Assembly: GCA_965243025.1 (NCBI GenBank) | Contig: CBDETY010000003.1 | Location: forward strand, 5,152,001-5,216,000 | Direction of reading: 5' to 3' | DNA length: 64,000 bases | DNA from: Candidatus Latescibacterota bacterium | GTDB lineage: Bacteria; Latescibacterota; UBA2968; UBA8231 | Shown: one piece after another, positions 10,814 through 20,322 of the stretch | Layout of the letters: each line of letters starts with the position of its first letter | Position numbering within the stretch: the first letter of the stretch is position 1 | Position numbers and translations under genes: made by a program | Notes under the pieces: model-generated | The model's input: the letters and a program-made list of their open reading frames with translations, nothing else | The model's database searches: none | Told to the model about the DNA's origin: nothing

Positions 10814-11695
10814 ATGGCCGCGTCGGCAAAACCCGTTCTCCTCGGTGTCATCGGAGGCTCCGGTCTCTACCAGATGGACGGAGTCGAGGTCGTTGCCGAG
10901 CACCCCGTGGAGACTCCGTACGGACCCCCCTCGGACAACCTGATCGAGGCGAGGATCTCCGGGCGTAGCGCCTGGTTCATCCCCCGCCACGGCAGGGGGC
11001 ACAGGCTGACCCCGACCGAAGTTCCGTACCGCGCCAACATCCACGCCCTGAAGCAGATGGGGGTCACCCACCTGCTCTCGGCCAGCGCCGTCGGCATCAT
11101 GACCGAGCGCATCAGGCCGGGAGAGATGGTGATACCGGACCAGATCTTCGACCGCACCCGCGACCTGCGCCCCCACACCTTCTTCGGCGACGGCATCGTC
11201 GGCCACGTGTCGATGGCGGATCCGTTCTGTGGAGAGCTCGGTGCCGTGGTCGCCGCGGCGGGACGCGCCTGCGGAGCGACCGTGCACGAAGGGGGAACCT
11301 ACCTCTGCATGGAGGGGCCGCAGTTCTCGACCCGGGCCGAGTCTTTCCACTACAAGGACGTCGTCGGCGCTTCGGTCATCGGCATGACCGCGGTCCCCGA
11401 GGCCAAGCTCGCCCGCGAGGCCGAGCTCTGTTACAGCATGCTGGCGATGGGGACCGACTACGACTGCTGGCACGAGGAAGAGGAGGACGTGTCGGTCGGA
11501 GCGGTGATCGAAACGCTGAGGGCGAACGCCGCGGCCGCAAGCCGCATCATCGCCGCGGTGGCGGCCTCCCTGCCGTCCGAGTCGGATTGCGAGTGCCTGG
11601 AGGCGGCGCGCCACGCCATCATCACGGCCCCCGAAGCGATCGGCGACGAGGCGAAGGCACGGCTGGAGCCCCTTTTCGGCAAGTACTTCCGCTGA
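10814..11695 (+). CDS. mtnP: S-methyl-5'-thioadenosine phosphorylase
   Basis: GVIGGSGLY, PRHGRGH, EGPQFSTRAES, GMTAVPEAKLARE, TDYDCW. Confidence 0.93.
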   Translation: MAASAKPVLLGVIGGSGLYQMDGVEVVAEHPVETPYGPPSDNLIEARISGRSAWFIPRHGRGHRLTPTEVPYRANIHALKQMGVTHLLSASAVGIMTERIRPGEMVIPDQIFDRTRDLRPHTFFGDGIVGHVSMADPFCGELGAVVAAAGRACGATVHEGGTYLCMEGPQFSTRAESFHYKDVVGASVIGMTAVPEAKLAREAELCYSMLAMGTDYDCWHEEEEDVSVGAVIETLRANAAAASRIIAAVAASLPSESDCECLEAARHAIITAPEAIGDEAKARLEPLFGKYFR

Positions 11696-11703
11696 GCCCC
11701 CGG

Positions 11704-12786
11704 ATGTCCCCTCCCCTCAAAATCGCCGCCGCCGGCGTCGGCCGCATCGGCATCTACCACGCCCTCCACGTTCAGGAGCTCGCCAACCGGGAGGGGACCT
11801 GCGAGCTGACCGCCATCGTCGACGGCCACGAGGACCTCGCCGGGCGCGTCGCCGCGCAGCTGCAGCCGGGGCAGGAAGCGAAAATCCGGACTTTCACGTC
11901 GGTTTCCGAACTGGCGGAGGCCGGCGCTGCCGACGCCTCGGTGATCGCCTCGCGCACCGCCGACCACTTCCGGGAAGCCCGAACCCTGATCGACGCCGGC
12001 CAGCGGGTGCTGCTGGAGAAGCCGCTCACCCACTCGCTGGAAACGTCGCGCGAGTTCGTCGCCTGGCTCGACGGGGACGAGCGCCGCCGGCAGGCGTTGA
12101 TGCTCGCCTTCATGCGCCGCTTCGACGCGCCCCTGCTGCGCGCCAGGGAGCTGCTGGCCGAAGGGAGCATCGGCAAGGTCTTCAAGATCGTCTCCATCCT
12201 CGAGGACCCGCACGGCCCGCCCGAGGGGTACAGCAGCCCCGGGCTGCTCATCGACATGGGGGTCCACAACGCCGACGAAGTCATCTGGCTCACCGGGAAG
12301 GTGCCGCGCTCCGTGACCGGCATGGGGGCGCGGCTGCACAACCAGAAGGTCAGCTCCGTCGCCGAGGACTTCGACGACGTCTTCATCCAGATGTGGCTCG
12401 AGGAGGACGTGATCGCCCAGGTCCAGGTGGGCCGCAACCACGTCGCCGGCTACCGCAACGAAACCTGCGTCTACGGAGATGAGGGGGTGATCCAGGTCGG
12501 CCACTTCCAGGAGAACCCGCTCGAGGTGCAGTTCGAGGCCTTCGGGAGGGGCAGCGTTATCGAAAGACAGGTTTTCCGAATGCGCGACTACGGCCGCGAG
12601 GTGCCGGTATTCATCGAGCGCTTCGGCCCGGCGTATTCAGCCGAGATCGCCCACTTCGTCAAGCAGTGCCGGAACGGGGGGCCGTTCAGCGTCGACCAGC
12701 GGGACGGCCTGCGGGCGCAGCAGGTGGTCGACGCGGGGAAGCGTTCCCTGCTGGGAGCCGGGGACGCGGTCGCGATCGAACTCTGA
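11704..12786 (+). CDS. Gfo/Idh/MocA oxidoreductase (myo-inositol dehydrogenase-like)
   Basis: GVGRIG, EKP, FMRRFD, DMGVH. Confidence 0.85.
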   Translation: MSPPLKIAAAGVGRIGIYHALHVQELANREGTCELTAIVDGHEDLAGRVAAQLQPGQEAKIRTFTSVSELAEAGAADASVIASRTADHFREARTLIDAGQRVLLEKPLTHSLETSREFVAWLDGDERRRQALMLAFMRRFDAPLLRARELLAEGSIGKVFKIVSILEDPHGPPEGYSSPGLLIDMGVHNADEVIWLTGKVPRSVTGMGARLHNQKVSSVAEDFDDVFIQMWLEEDVIAQVQVGRNHVAGYRNETCVYGDEGVIQVGHFQENPLEVQFEAFGRGSVIERQVFRMRDYGREVPVFIERFGPAYSAEIAHFVKQCRNGGPFSVDQRDGLRAQQVVDAGKRSLLGAGDAVAIEL

Positions 12787-12852
12787 GCGGAGCCCGGACG
12801 ATCCGCAAAAACTCCTGCCCGGCATGACGAAACCTATAAGGAGAAGACGCAC

Positions 12853-13797
12853 ATGAGACCCTTTATCCATTTCAACAGGAGGTTTCCGGTGTGGTCACAG
12901 GCAATCTTCTTTTTGATTGTGGTATCGCTAATTGCTGGCTGCACCGCCGCGTTGGCCCACGAGGGGGAAAGAATCTATCCCATTTTCGAGATCACCGATG
13001 ACATGCTGGAGTTGATCGATCTGAAGGACCAGGGCGTCGAGGAGTGGGAAGAGTTATGGGAACCTTCGCTTACGACGCTGGACTTCACCAGGGAAGTTGT
13101 TGATGGCCGTACATCGACAAGAGAGATAGTCTCGAATGATCCGTCGGACCTGGATTTCCGGATGTGGGTGGGCTGGAACGACACGCACAATCGTCTGTAT
13201 GTGTCGGGACAATTCGCAGATGACATTTATTTGAGAGAGGGTACCATACGGCACGCTCCAGATTATATGAACTTCTACGTCGATGGCGACCACACCGGGG
13301 GACAGTACCATTACCTTACCGGAGACCGGTACCGGGACAACTATGCGCAGGCCCAGGCATATTGGGCACCGTTTCCCTGGGATCGGGGACTTCCCATTGA
13401 GATGGGCTATAACTCCTTTGGAGAACGCTACCAATCTGCATGGGCAGGAGAGCTTCCTTACGCCTACGGGAGAAACGGCGCTGAAGGGGAAAACCCTGTC
13501 GTCTGGAACGTTGAATTTTACATTACCCCGTTCGCCCTGCTGGATTATGATCCGGAAGACAGTCTGGTTTCCGAGTTGGAGAGGGGTAAGGTGATTGGCT
13601 TTTACATAGCAGTCGGAGATGGTGATATGGAAGACGAGGCAGGTAATTTTTACTACTTGGATAAAGGTGTTGGGACCCCCAACTCGAACGCGGATGCTTT
13701 TGTTGATGGAGTACTTCTAGGGGCCGGAGAGTTTGTGGAAGGCAGCGCCGTCCAACCGAGTTCCTGGGGCATGATAAAAGCCTCGTTGGGATACTGA
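12853..13797 (+). CDS. Secreted acidic DOMON/CBM9-like protein, WGxIK-tail paralog 1
   Basis: Signal peptide ending ALA-H; DPSDLDFR, VDGDHTGG, VEFYITPF; C-terminus SAVQPSSWGMIKASLGY. Confidence 0.7.
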   Translation: MRPFIHFNRRFPVWSQAIFFLIVVSLIAGCTAALAHEGERIYPIFEITDDMLELIDLKDQGVEEWEELWEPSLTTLDFTREVVDGRTSTREIVSNDPSDLDFRMWVGWNDTHNRLYVSGQFADDIYLREGTIRHAPDYMNFYVDGDHTGGQYHYLTGDRYRDNYAQAQAYWAPFPWDRGLPIEMGYNSFGERYQSAWAGELPYAYGRNGAEGENPVVWNVEFYITPFALLDYDPEDSLVSELERGKVIGFYIAVGDGDMEDEAGNFYYLDKGVGTPNSNADAFVDGVLLGAGEFVEGSAVQPSSWGMIKASLGY

Positions 13798-13857
13798 ACT
13801 GAGTTACCAGGTAGGAGTTGATGCTTCTGCCCCAAGGTACGGAAAGGAGGAACCCTC

Positions 13858-14808
13858 ATGAAAAGCAGAATTCTCTTTCACAAGGAGAGTTTGGCGTCGA
13901 GGCCTCTGCCCATTGTTTGTGTAGTGGAGGTATTACTGGTCCTTGGTTCTGTTCATTCTTACGCCCACCAGGGGGACAGAATCTATCCCATTTACGAGAT
14001 CACGGATGAAATGCTGGAATTAATTGATCTCGAAGATGGAAGGATCGATGAGTGGGAAGAATTATTCGAACCCTCGATTACGACGCTGGACTTTACCAGG
14101 AAAATTTTGGACCGGAATACTTCGAAAAGAGAAATAGTCTCGTATGATCCCTCCGACCTTGATTTTCAAATCTGGCTGGTTTGGAACGAAACCCACAACC
14201 GTCTGTATGTTTCGGGTCAGTTCGCGGACGATATACATGTGAGAGATAAAGAGGGTAAAAGACGCCGATCACCCGATTATATGTACTTTCACGTTGACGG
14301 GGACCACAGCGGTGGGGAATACCGGGGCCTTACGGGAGATCGGTACTGGGAAGATTTCACGCATGCCCAAACGTACACCGCCCCGTTTTTTTACGAACTG
14401 GAATTCCCCCTTGGGTTAAGTTACAACACCTTTGGTCAACCCTACGAATTTTCCTGGGTAGGGGAGCTCCCCTACGCCCACGGGGGAGAAGGAGCAAACG
14501 GAGAAAACCCAGTTGTCTGGAATGTCGAGTTTTTCATAACTCCGTTTGATTTTCTCGATCCTGAACCGGAAAACAGTATAGTTTCAGAGTTGGACAGGAA
14601 TAAAATCATTGGCTTTTACATAGTTGTCGGAGATGGTGAGGTTCGAGAGGAGAGTGATTCCTACAGTCTGGATGAAGTGGAAGGGGCCCCTGGTTGGACT
14701 GCGGACGATTTTGTTGATGGATTCCTGATTGGCGCCGGTGAGTTTGCGGAAGGCAGCGCAGTCCAGCCGAGTTCCTGGGGAATGATAAAGGCCTCCTTGG
14801 GATACTGA
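13858..14808 (+). CDS. Secreted WGxIK-tail paralog 2
   Basis: AGGAGG RBS; same conserved blocks and identical C-terminal 18 aa as paralog 1. Confidence 0.7.
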   Translation: MKSRILFHKESLASRPLPIVCVVEVLLVLGSVHSYAHQGDRIYPIYEITDEMLELIDLEDGRIDEWEELFEPSITTLDFTRKILDRNTSKREIVSYDPSDLDFQIWLVWNETHNRLYVSGQFADDIHVRDKEGKRRRSPDYMYFHVDGDHSGGEYRGLTGDRYWEDFTHAQTYTAPFFYELEFPLGLSYNTFGQPYEFSWVGELPYAHGGEGANGENPVVWNVEFFITPFDFLDPEPENSIVSELDRNKIIGFYIVVGDGEVREESDSYSLDEVEGAPGWTADDFVDGFLIGAGEFAEGSAVQPSSWGMIKASLGY

Positions 14809-14868
14809 GGGGCAAGCTGGTTCATCCGTTGAAGCCTGAATAATCCCTCCAGAATAGGAGAATTCCCA

Positions 14869-15836
14869 ATGACACCCGAGAAGGTCCATAAAAAAATTCC
14901 TGTAACGCCAAAAATTCCTGTAACACTGTTACTTGAATTTTCTGTATTATCCAGATTTCGTTGCTCCTTGGGTCTTTCCATGCATCCGCCCACCGGGGAG
15001 ATAGAGTCATTCCCATTTACGAGATCACGGACGACATGCTGGAGTTTATAGATCTTGATGACGGGAGCATAGACGAGTGGGATGAGCTATTCGAGCCCAC
15101 CCTTACCACACTGGATTTCACCAGACAGATTTTGGACCGGAATACGTTGAATAGAGAGACAGTGGCCTACGATCCAGCGGACCTGGACTTCAGAATTTGG
15201 CTTGGATGGAATGACACCCACAACCGGTTGTATGTCTCAGGACAGTTCGCAGACGAAGTGCATGTCAGGGAGCGTAAGAGTTTTGAGGAACTAGATTGTC
15301 TGTACTGGCACATCGATGGCGACCATTCGGGGGGTCCATATCAGTTTTTTTCTGGAGAACGGTCTCAGGCAAGCCTTCGGCATGCTCAGTCATACACCGC
15401 ACCTTTTGAATACGAGCCAGAACTTTCCGTGGGGTTGAGGTATAATTCTTTTGGGGAACCTTACGAATTTGATTGGGCAGGTTACCCACCCTACGCCCAA
15501 GGGGGTGACGGGGCTGCGGGTGAGTTTCCGATCGTCTGGGTTGTGGAATTTTTCATCACTCCTTTTGACTACCTTGATGACGACCCGGAAGGCAGTGTGA
15601 TTTCCGAGTTGGAGGGCGGTAAAGTGATCGGGATATTCCTCGCAGTCGGAGATGGAGACTTGGACTCATCCGAAGGTGATGGATACAGAATTTATGATAG
15701 TTCCAAAGGTGGTGGGAACCCTCACGAAACCGCAGACGCTTTTGTTGATGGTGCGCTTTTGCACGCGGATGGGCAATTTGAAAGTGTGGTCCTACCCAGT
15801 TCCTGGGGTTTGATCAAAGCATCGTTGATATACTAG
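14869..15836 (+). pseudogene. WGxIK-tail paralog 3 with a frameshift in the signal peptide (mature region intact from 14961)
   Basis: RBS plus ATG at 14869 reads ...LLLEFSV; the homologous QISLLLGS-ASA-H continues in the -1 frame, which has a TGA at 14934. Confidence 0.6.
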
Positions 15837-15904
15837 GTAGGAAATGTAGTTTGAAAATTGACTCCGTGTGTTTCCCGAAATTCTTAGCGAAAGAGGAATC
15901 TTCC

Positions 15905-16861
15905 ATGAAAGCTAGGATTAAAGTTCCCCAAAAAGGAATTGGAATTCGGATTCTACAACTTACCGTTATGGTCCAGGTGTCGCTCCTCCTTGGAGCTCCT
16001 CGTTCCTTCGCCCACCAGGGGGAAAGGATCTATCCTTTTTATGAAATCACGGATTACATGCTGGAGTTGATCGATCTGGAAGACGGAAGCATTGAGGAAT
16101 GGGAAGAGCTGTTCGAACCTTCACTTACCACGCTGGACTTTACCAGGAAAATTTGGGACCGCAATACGTTGGATAGAGAGATAGTGTCTTATGATCCTTC
16201 GGACCTTGATTTCAGAATCTGGATGGCTTGGAACGACAAACACGAACGTCTGTATGTGGCAGGACAGTTCGCGGATGATATACATGTGAGAAAGGGGAGC
16301 AGAAACCTGGCACCAGACTATATGTGGTTTCACATAGACGGTGACCACACCGGGGGGGAGTACTATTTCCTTACGGGAAACCGTTTCCGGGATAATCTCG
16401 CTCATGCCCAGACATACACTGCGCCGTTTTTTTTCGAACCAGAATTTTCCCTTGGGTTGATGTATAACACCTTCGGAGAACCCTTCGAATTTGCCTGGGC
16501 GGCGGAGCTTCCTTACGGCTTCGGAAGAGACGGCGCTGAGGGGGAAAACCCTGTGGTCTGGAATGTCGAATTTTTCATAACTCCGTTCGACCTCCTGGAT
16601 CCTTATCCGGAAAATAGTATGGTTTCCGAGTTGGAGAGTGGAAAAGTGATTGGCTTTTACATTGGAGTAGGAGATAGTGATTTGGACGAAGAGGAAGGTG
16701 ACGGATACAATATTTATGATAGGTCCAAGGGTGGGGGGAACCCTTCACAAACGGCTGACGCTTTTGTTGATGGAGTCTTACTGCGGGCCGGAGAATTTGT
16801 GGAAGGCAGCGCCGTCCAACCGAGTTCCTGGGGCATGATAAAAGCCTCCTTGAGTTACTAA
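15905..16861 (+). CDS. Secreted WGxIK-tail paralog 4
   Basis: Signal peptide ending SFA-H; conserved blocks; ends SSWGMIKASLSY. Confidence 0.7.
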   Translation: MKARIKVPQKGIGIRILQLTVMVQVSLLLGAPRSFAHQGERIYPFYEITDYMLELIDLEDGSIEEWEELFEPSLTTLDFTRKIWDRNTLDREIVSYDPSDLDFRIWMAWNDKHERLYVAGQFADDIHVRKGSRNLAPDYMWFHIDGDHTGGEYYFLTGNRFRDNLAHAQTYTAPFFFEPEFSLGLMYNTFGEPFEFAWAAELPYGFGRDGAEGENPVVWNVEFFITPFDLLDPYPENSMVSELESGKVIGFYIGVGDSDLDEEEGDGYNIYDRSKGGGNPSQTADAFVDGVLLRAGEFVEGSAVQPSSWGMIKASLSY

Positions 16862-16958
16862 GCATTTAAGTAGCAGGCGGTTTATAACCCATCCCCTTAC
16901 AGCATGGGCCGATAGGCCTCGCAGTGTTGACCGGAAAGTCGGTCATCCATGGGTTGAG

Positions 16959-17429
16959 ATGATTTTCCCGAACCATTTGCGAGCCCTGAAAATCATTTGC
17001 GGCACCCTCCAAAACACTGAAGTCGTCTGGGCGATTACCGGCAGCCTCGGTTTAGCGCTCCGGGGCATGGAGCTCGAAGTCAACGACATCGACCTGCAGA
17101 CCGATGCGGCCGGTGCCTACGGCATCCAGAACGCCTTTTCCGGGAGCATTGTTCGCCAGGTCCGGCTTTCCATGTCCGAGGAAATCGCCTCTCACTGGGG
17201 AGAGTTGGAAATAGAGGGGGTCAAGGTCGAAATAATGGGCGGGCTACAGAAGAAAAGCCCGGACCGTACCTGGGAACCCCCGGTTGAAGTGGAACAACAC
17301 CTGGAATTCGTGCCATTCGAAGGCATGATGCTGCCGGTCCTGTCCTTGAAGTACGAGGAGCAGGCCTACCGGAAACTTGGAAGAGCCGAAAAGGCCGACC
17401 GAATCAAGGACTGGCTCACCCGCAGTTAA
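16959..17429 (+). CDS. Nucleotidyltransferase-superfamily protein
   Basis: WAITGS...DIDL (GS-x-DxD) motif. Confidence 0.65.
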   Translation: MIFPNHLRALKIICGTLQNTEVVWAITGSLGLALRGMELEVNDIDLQTDAAGAYGIQNAFSGSIVRQVRLSMSEEIASHWGELEIEGVKVEIMGGLQKKSPDRTWEPPVEVEQHLEFVPFEGMMLPVLSLKYEEQAYRKLGRAEKADRIKDWLTRS

Positions 17430-17560
17430 AAGCCCGGCGAGGATGTCCCTGCTGACGGCAATGAATTCCTGTGGAACGGCGTTCGGCGAGTTGAGTGCAG
17501 GGAGTTACCCCTGTCCGGTCCAATTACTTGCCTGGTTCGTTCGGCTCTTGCATCGATGAC

Positions 17561-17689
17561 TCAGCTTCTCCGGGTTCCTCCTCGACGAATCCTCGACTCA
17601 TGAGGTAAGTCGCTTTCGCACAGCAGGGGGGCGGCTCTCGCGGCTTTCTCTGCTCGGGAGAACTCGGCCAGAATGCACGCGGAATTCAC
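17561..17689 (-). pseudogene. Truncated HEPN toxin remnant
   Basis: GTG overlaps the MNT stop; VNSACILAEFSRAEKAARAAPLL resembles HEPN helix 1; stops after 42 codons with no SRAYY or RxxxxH/Y motif. Confidence 0.5.
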
Positions 17690-18021
17690 AGGACGGGAAC
17701 TCCGTCTCTTGTCACGGTCTGCCAGAAAGGGGCTCGATCCTCGCGGCGCTGCTCCCATTCTTCCCTCGTGTAAACTACAAAGGAAGGCACCACCTCCGTG
17801 CCGATGGCCAGCATGTTGCCCGGACGGCTGATTTCTCCTTTTCGGCGCCAGTCTCCTTCCGCGATGACGAGGAGGAGGTCCAGATCCGAATCAGGGGTGG
17901 AATCGCCGCGGGCCTTGGAGCCGAAAATCAGAAACTCTTCCACAAGGCCGGGAAACTGGTCGTCCAGAATCTGGCGGTATGCATCGAGCCACCGCTGTTC
18001 TTCCGGGGTCAGGTGGAGCAT
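17686..18021 (-). CDS. Minimal nucleotidyltransferase (MNT) antitoxin
   Basis: FGSKARGD...SDLDLL; ends F...V.RDGV.L. Confidence 0.85.
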   Translation of the reverse strand: MLHLTPEEQRWLDAYRQILDDQFPGLVEEFLIFGSKARGDSTPDSDLDLLLVIAEGDWRRKGEISRPGNMLAIGTEVVPSFVVYTREEWEQRREDRAPFWQTVTRDGVPVL

Positions 18022-18048
18022 GATTCTTCTCTTCAGTTAAGGCGGCCT

Positions 18049-20154
18049 TCAGTAAGCCACGGCCACCGGGATGATGGACTGGAAGCGGCCTCTTCCGGTC
18101 TCGGCGGCGACTTCGCACAGATACACCCCCGGTGTGAGCGCCCTCCCCTCCTCGTCCCTTCCGTCCCATTCGAGCGCGTGCGTACCCGGGCCGGCGCTCG
18201 TGCCCATGATGCGGCTCACCGGGTTTCCGCCCAGGTCGTAGAAGGCGACCTCGACATCGGTTTCGAGCACGCCGAACAGGGCGAACCGGATCTCCATTGA
18301 ATCGTTGAAGCCGTCGCCGTTGGGGGTGAGCGTGCGCGGGCGGATGTCGACGACGGAGATCGTCCGCTCCACCTCGTTCCCCGAAGCGAGCACCTGCAGG
18401 CTGTTGCTGGCGATCTCCACGGTGGCGTCCCCCCCGATGACGGGCTGGCCGCGGCCGGGTCGGGTGCGGTTGAAGACCTCCCCCTCCAGCTCCTCGGCGA
18501 CGGTGTACAATGCGGTGCCGAACCCGATGCGGAGATCCTCGTCGGCCTCGATGCGCCGCGGCAGGTAGACGGTCAGGCCCCGCCCGTCGATGGCGACGCT
18601 GTCCGGCGCCACCTCGTCGAGGGGGGTACCGATGCACAGGCTCCGGAACGTCGGCGGCGAAGGGGTGCCGATGCGGACCGCGTCGAAGCCGCCGCCGACC
18701 TCCTCGAACTCGGCGCTGATGGCGTAGGACAGCTCGACCTCCTCTCCGAGAGGAACGTCGGAAGCCAGAGGGGACAGGCCGTCGCCGGCCTTCGCCACTT
18801 CCCCGACCACACGGTCGGCGAGCAAGGGGATGATCTCGATCGACAGCGAGTCCAGCCGCGCGAAGTCGTAGGGCTTCCCCGATCGCATTTCGATCTGCAC
18901 GGCGAACCAACGGCCGCTGGCGAGACCGGGGCGGGTGCCGGATTCGGCGAGAGGCCCGGACCAGGGGGACCAGTTTTCGAAATCGTCGGTAATCGGTCCC
19001 TGCGAGCCGACGAAAACGACCGCCCCGTGACTGGACTGCACCTGCAGCCGGTCGTACTCCTCGCGGTCGACGACCACCAGCTCGAGCTGGTCGTTCAGGG
19101 TGTGGTACTGCCGGTAATCGTCGGTCGTGCCTGTCTTGACGCGGACTCCGATGTCGGCGTCAGCGTCCGGGGTCTGCACCGGTTCCAGGTTCTCGTCGAG
19201 ACGCCACCTGCTGACGCCCGGCTCGATCTTTCCAAGGGTTGCCGGTCTCCCCAGGTCGATCGCTTTCGTCGTGTAGCGGGACAGGGCCGCGACGCCGCGC
19301 CCGTACACCTCGAACTCGGCGTAGGCGAGCTTGGCCACGAACGGCCAGCTGCCGACCCCCGCACTTGTAGCTACTCCGTCGGGAAAAGTCCGCCAGCGCA
19401 GGTAGCGCAGGTACCGGGTCGGGAAGGGGACCACGATCGGGGCGGTGACGTTTTCCGCAACTTGGCCGAGCAGGAACTCGAGCGGCCGGTAAGAGGTTGA
19501 GCAGATGTACTTGTTCTCGAGGTGGCAGTCGTTCTGCTGCCCCCGCAGTTCCAGGCGGATACGCTCCTCGTCGTCGGCCCCGGACAGCTCTCCGGACCTG
19601 GGGATGAAGTTGGAGAACGGTTCGCCGGAACGGTGGGTGACCGAGTCGGGGGGCGTCTGCACCTGGAAGCGCTCGAGGGGAACGAGGGTGCCCAGGTCGA
19701 AGGTCCAGAACTCGTGGTTCATCTTGTCGCCCGGGGACCCGAAGCCGAGCTGCCACCAGAAGGTGTTGCGGTCGCCGTCGATGTAGGTGAAGGCCTTCTC
19801 CGTGTACCACCCCCTTTGCTCGGTGCCGCGCCAGATCCTCGGCATGCCGTCGACGAAATACGGGTCGAAGGGGTTCTTGTAGTAATGCCAGGTCGCCACC
19901 TCGAAGAGCCGGGGAAGCAGGTTCTCGTCCGGTTTCAGGATGCGGGGCCGCAGCATCCCCGGATCGGTGAAATCGTCGGCCATGACGTTGAGGTCGACGT
20001 GGGCTCGCCAGTTCTCGCCGCCGGCCCCTCCGAAAACCCATCTCCCCTCATCCTGCGCCCAGGTTGAAGGCGCCAGTGCGAGGCCGGCAGAAAGCAGGCC
20101 CGCGGCACACCGGGTTTTCACGTCACGCGCAATGTCGGTCGAGCGGGTGTCCAT
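18049..20154 (-). CDS. Large secreted protein with C-terminal FlgD-Ig-like (T9SS-CTD-like) domain
   Basis: Signal-like segment ending TWA-Q; TPNGDGFND...YDLGG..V..I...WDGRD..G....PGVYL C-terminus. Confidence 0.7.
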   Translation of the reverse strand: MDTRSTDIARDVKTRCAAGLLSAGLALAPSTWAQDEGRWVFGGAGGENWRAHVDLNVMADDFTDPGMLRPRILKPDENLLPRLFEVATWHYYKNPFDPYFVDGMPRIWRGTEQRGWYTEKAFTYIDGDRNTFWWQLGFGSPGDKMNHEFWTFDLGTLVPLERFQVQTPPDSVTHRSGEPFSNFIPRSGELSGADDEERIRLELRGQQNDCHLENKYICSTSYRPLEFLLGQVAENVTAPIVVPFPTRYLRYLRWRTFPDGVATSAGVGSWPFVAKLAYAEFEVYGRGVAALSRYTTKAIDLGRPATLGKIEPGVSRWRLDENLEPVQTPDADADIGVRVKTGTTDDYRQYHTLNDQLELVVVDREEYDRLQVQSSHGAVVFVGSQGPITDDFENWSPWSGPLAESGTRPGLASGRWFAVQIEMRSGKPYDFARLDSLSIEIIPLLADRVVGEVAKAGDGLSPLASDVPLGEEVELSYAISAEFEEVGGGFDAVRIGTPSPPTFRSLCIGTPLDEVAPDSVAIDGRGLTVYLPRRIEADEDLRIGFGTALYTVAEELEGEVFNRTRPGRGQPVIGGDATVEIASNSLQVLASGNEVERTISVVDIRPRTLTPNGDGFNDSMEIRFALFGVLETDVEVAFYDLGGNPVSRIMGTSAGPGTHALEWDGRDEEGRALTPGVYLCEVAAETGRGRFQSIIPVAVAY

Positions 20155-20322
20155 GTCGTAAATCTCCGGCTCGGGCGGAAAGACATGGTGCTGCGGTGAA
20201 GATACCAGATCCCGGCACTTGCCCAAGTCCCGGGAACGGCAGCTCCCCCGGCGGCAAGGGGGACGTGGACAGCCCGGGGGTGCCCGGCATAGGTTGGGCC
20301 TTGATTATCCGGGGGTAACGAC

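Noticed and set aside
12853-16861. Diversity-generating retroelement or shufflon
   Set aside because: No reverse transcriptase or invertase in the window; I saw no adenine-specific TR/VR pair; all copies have the same orientation
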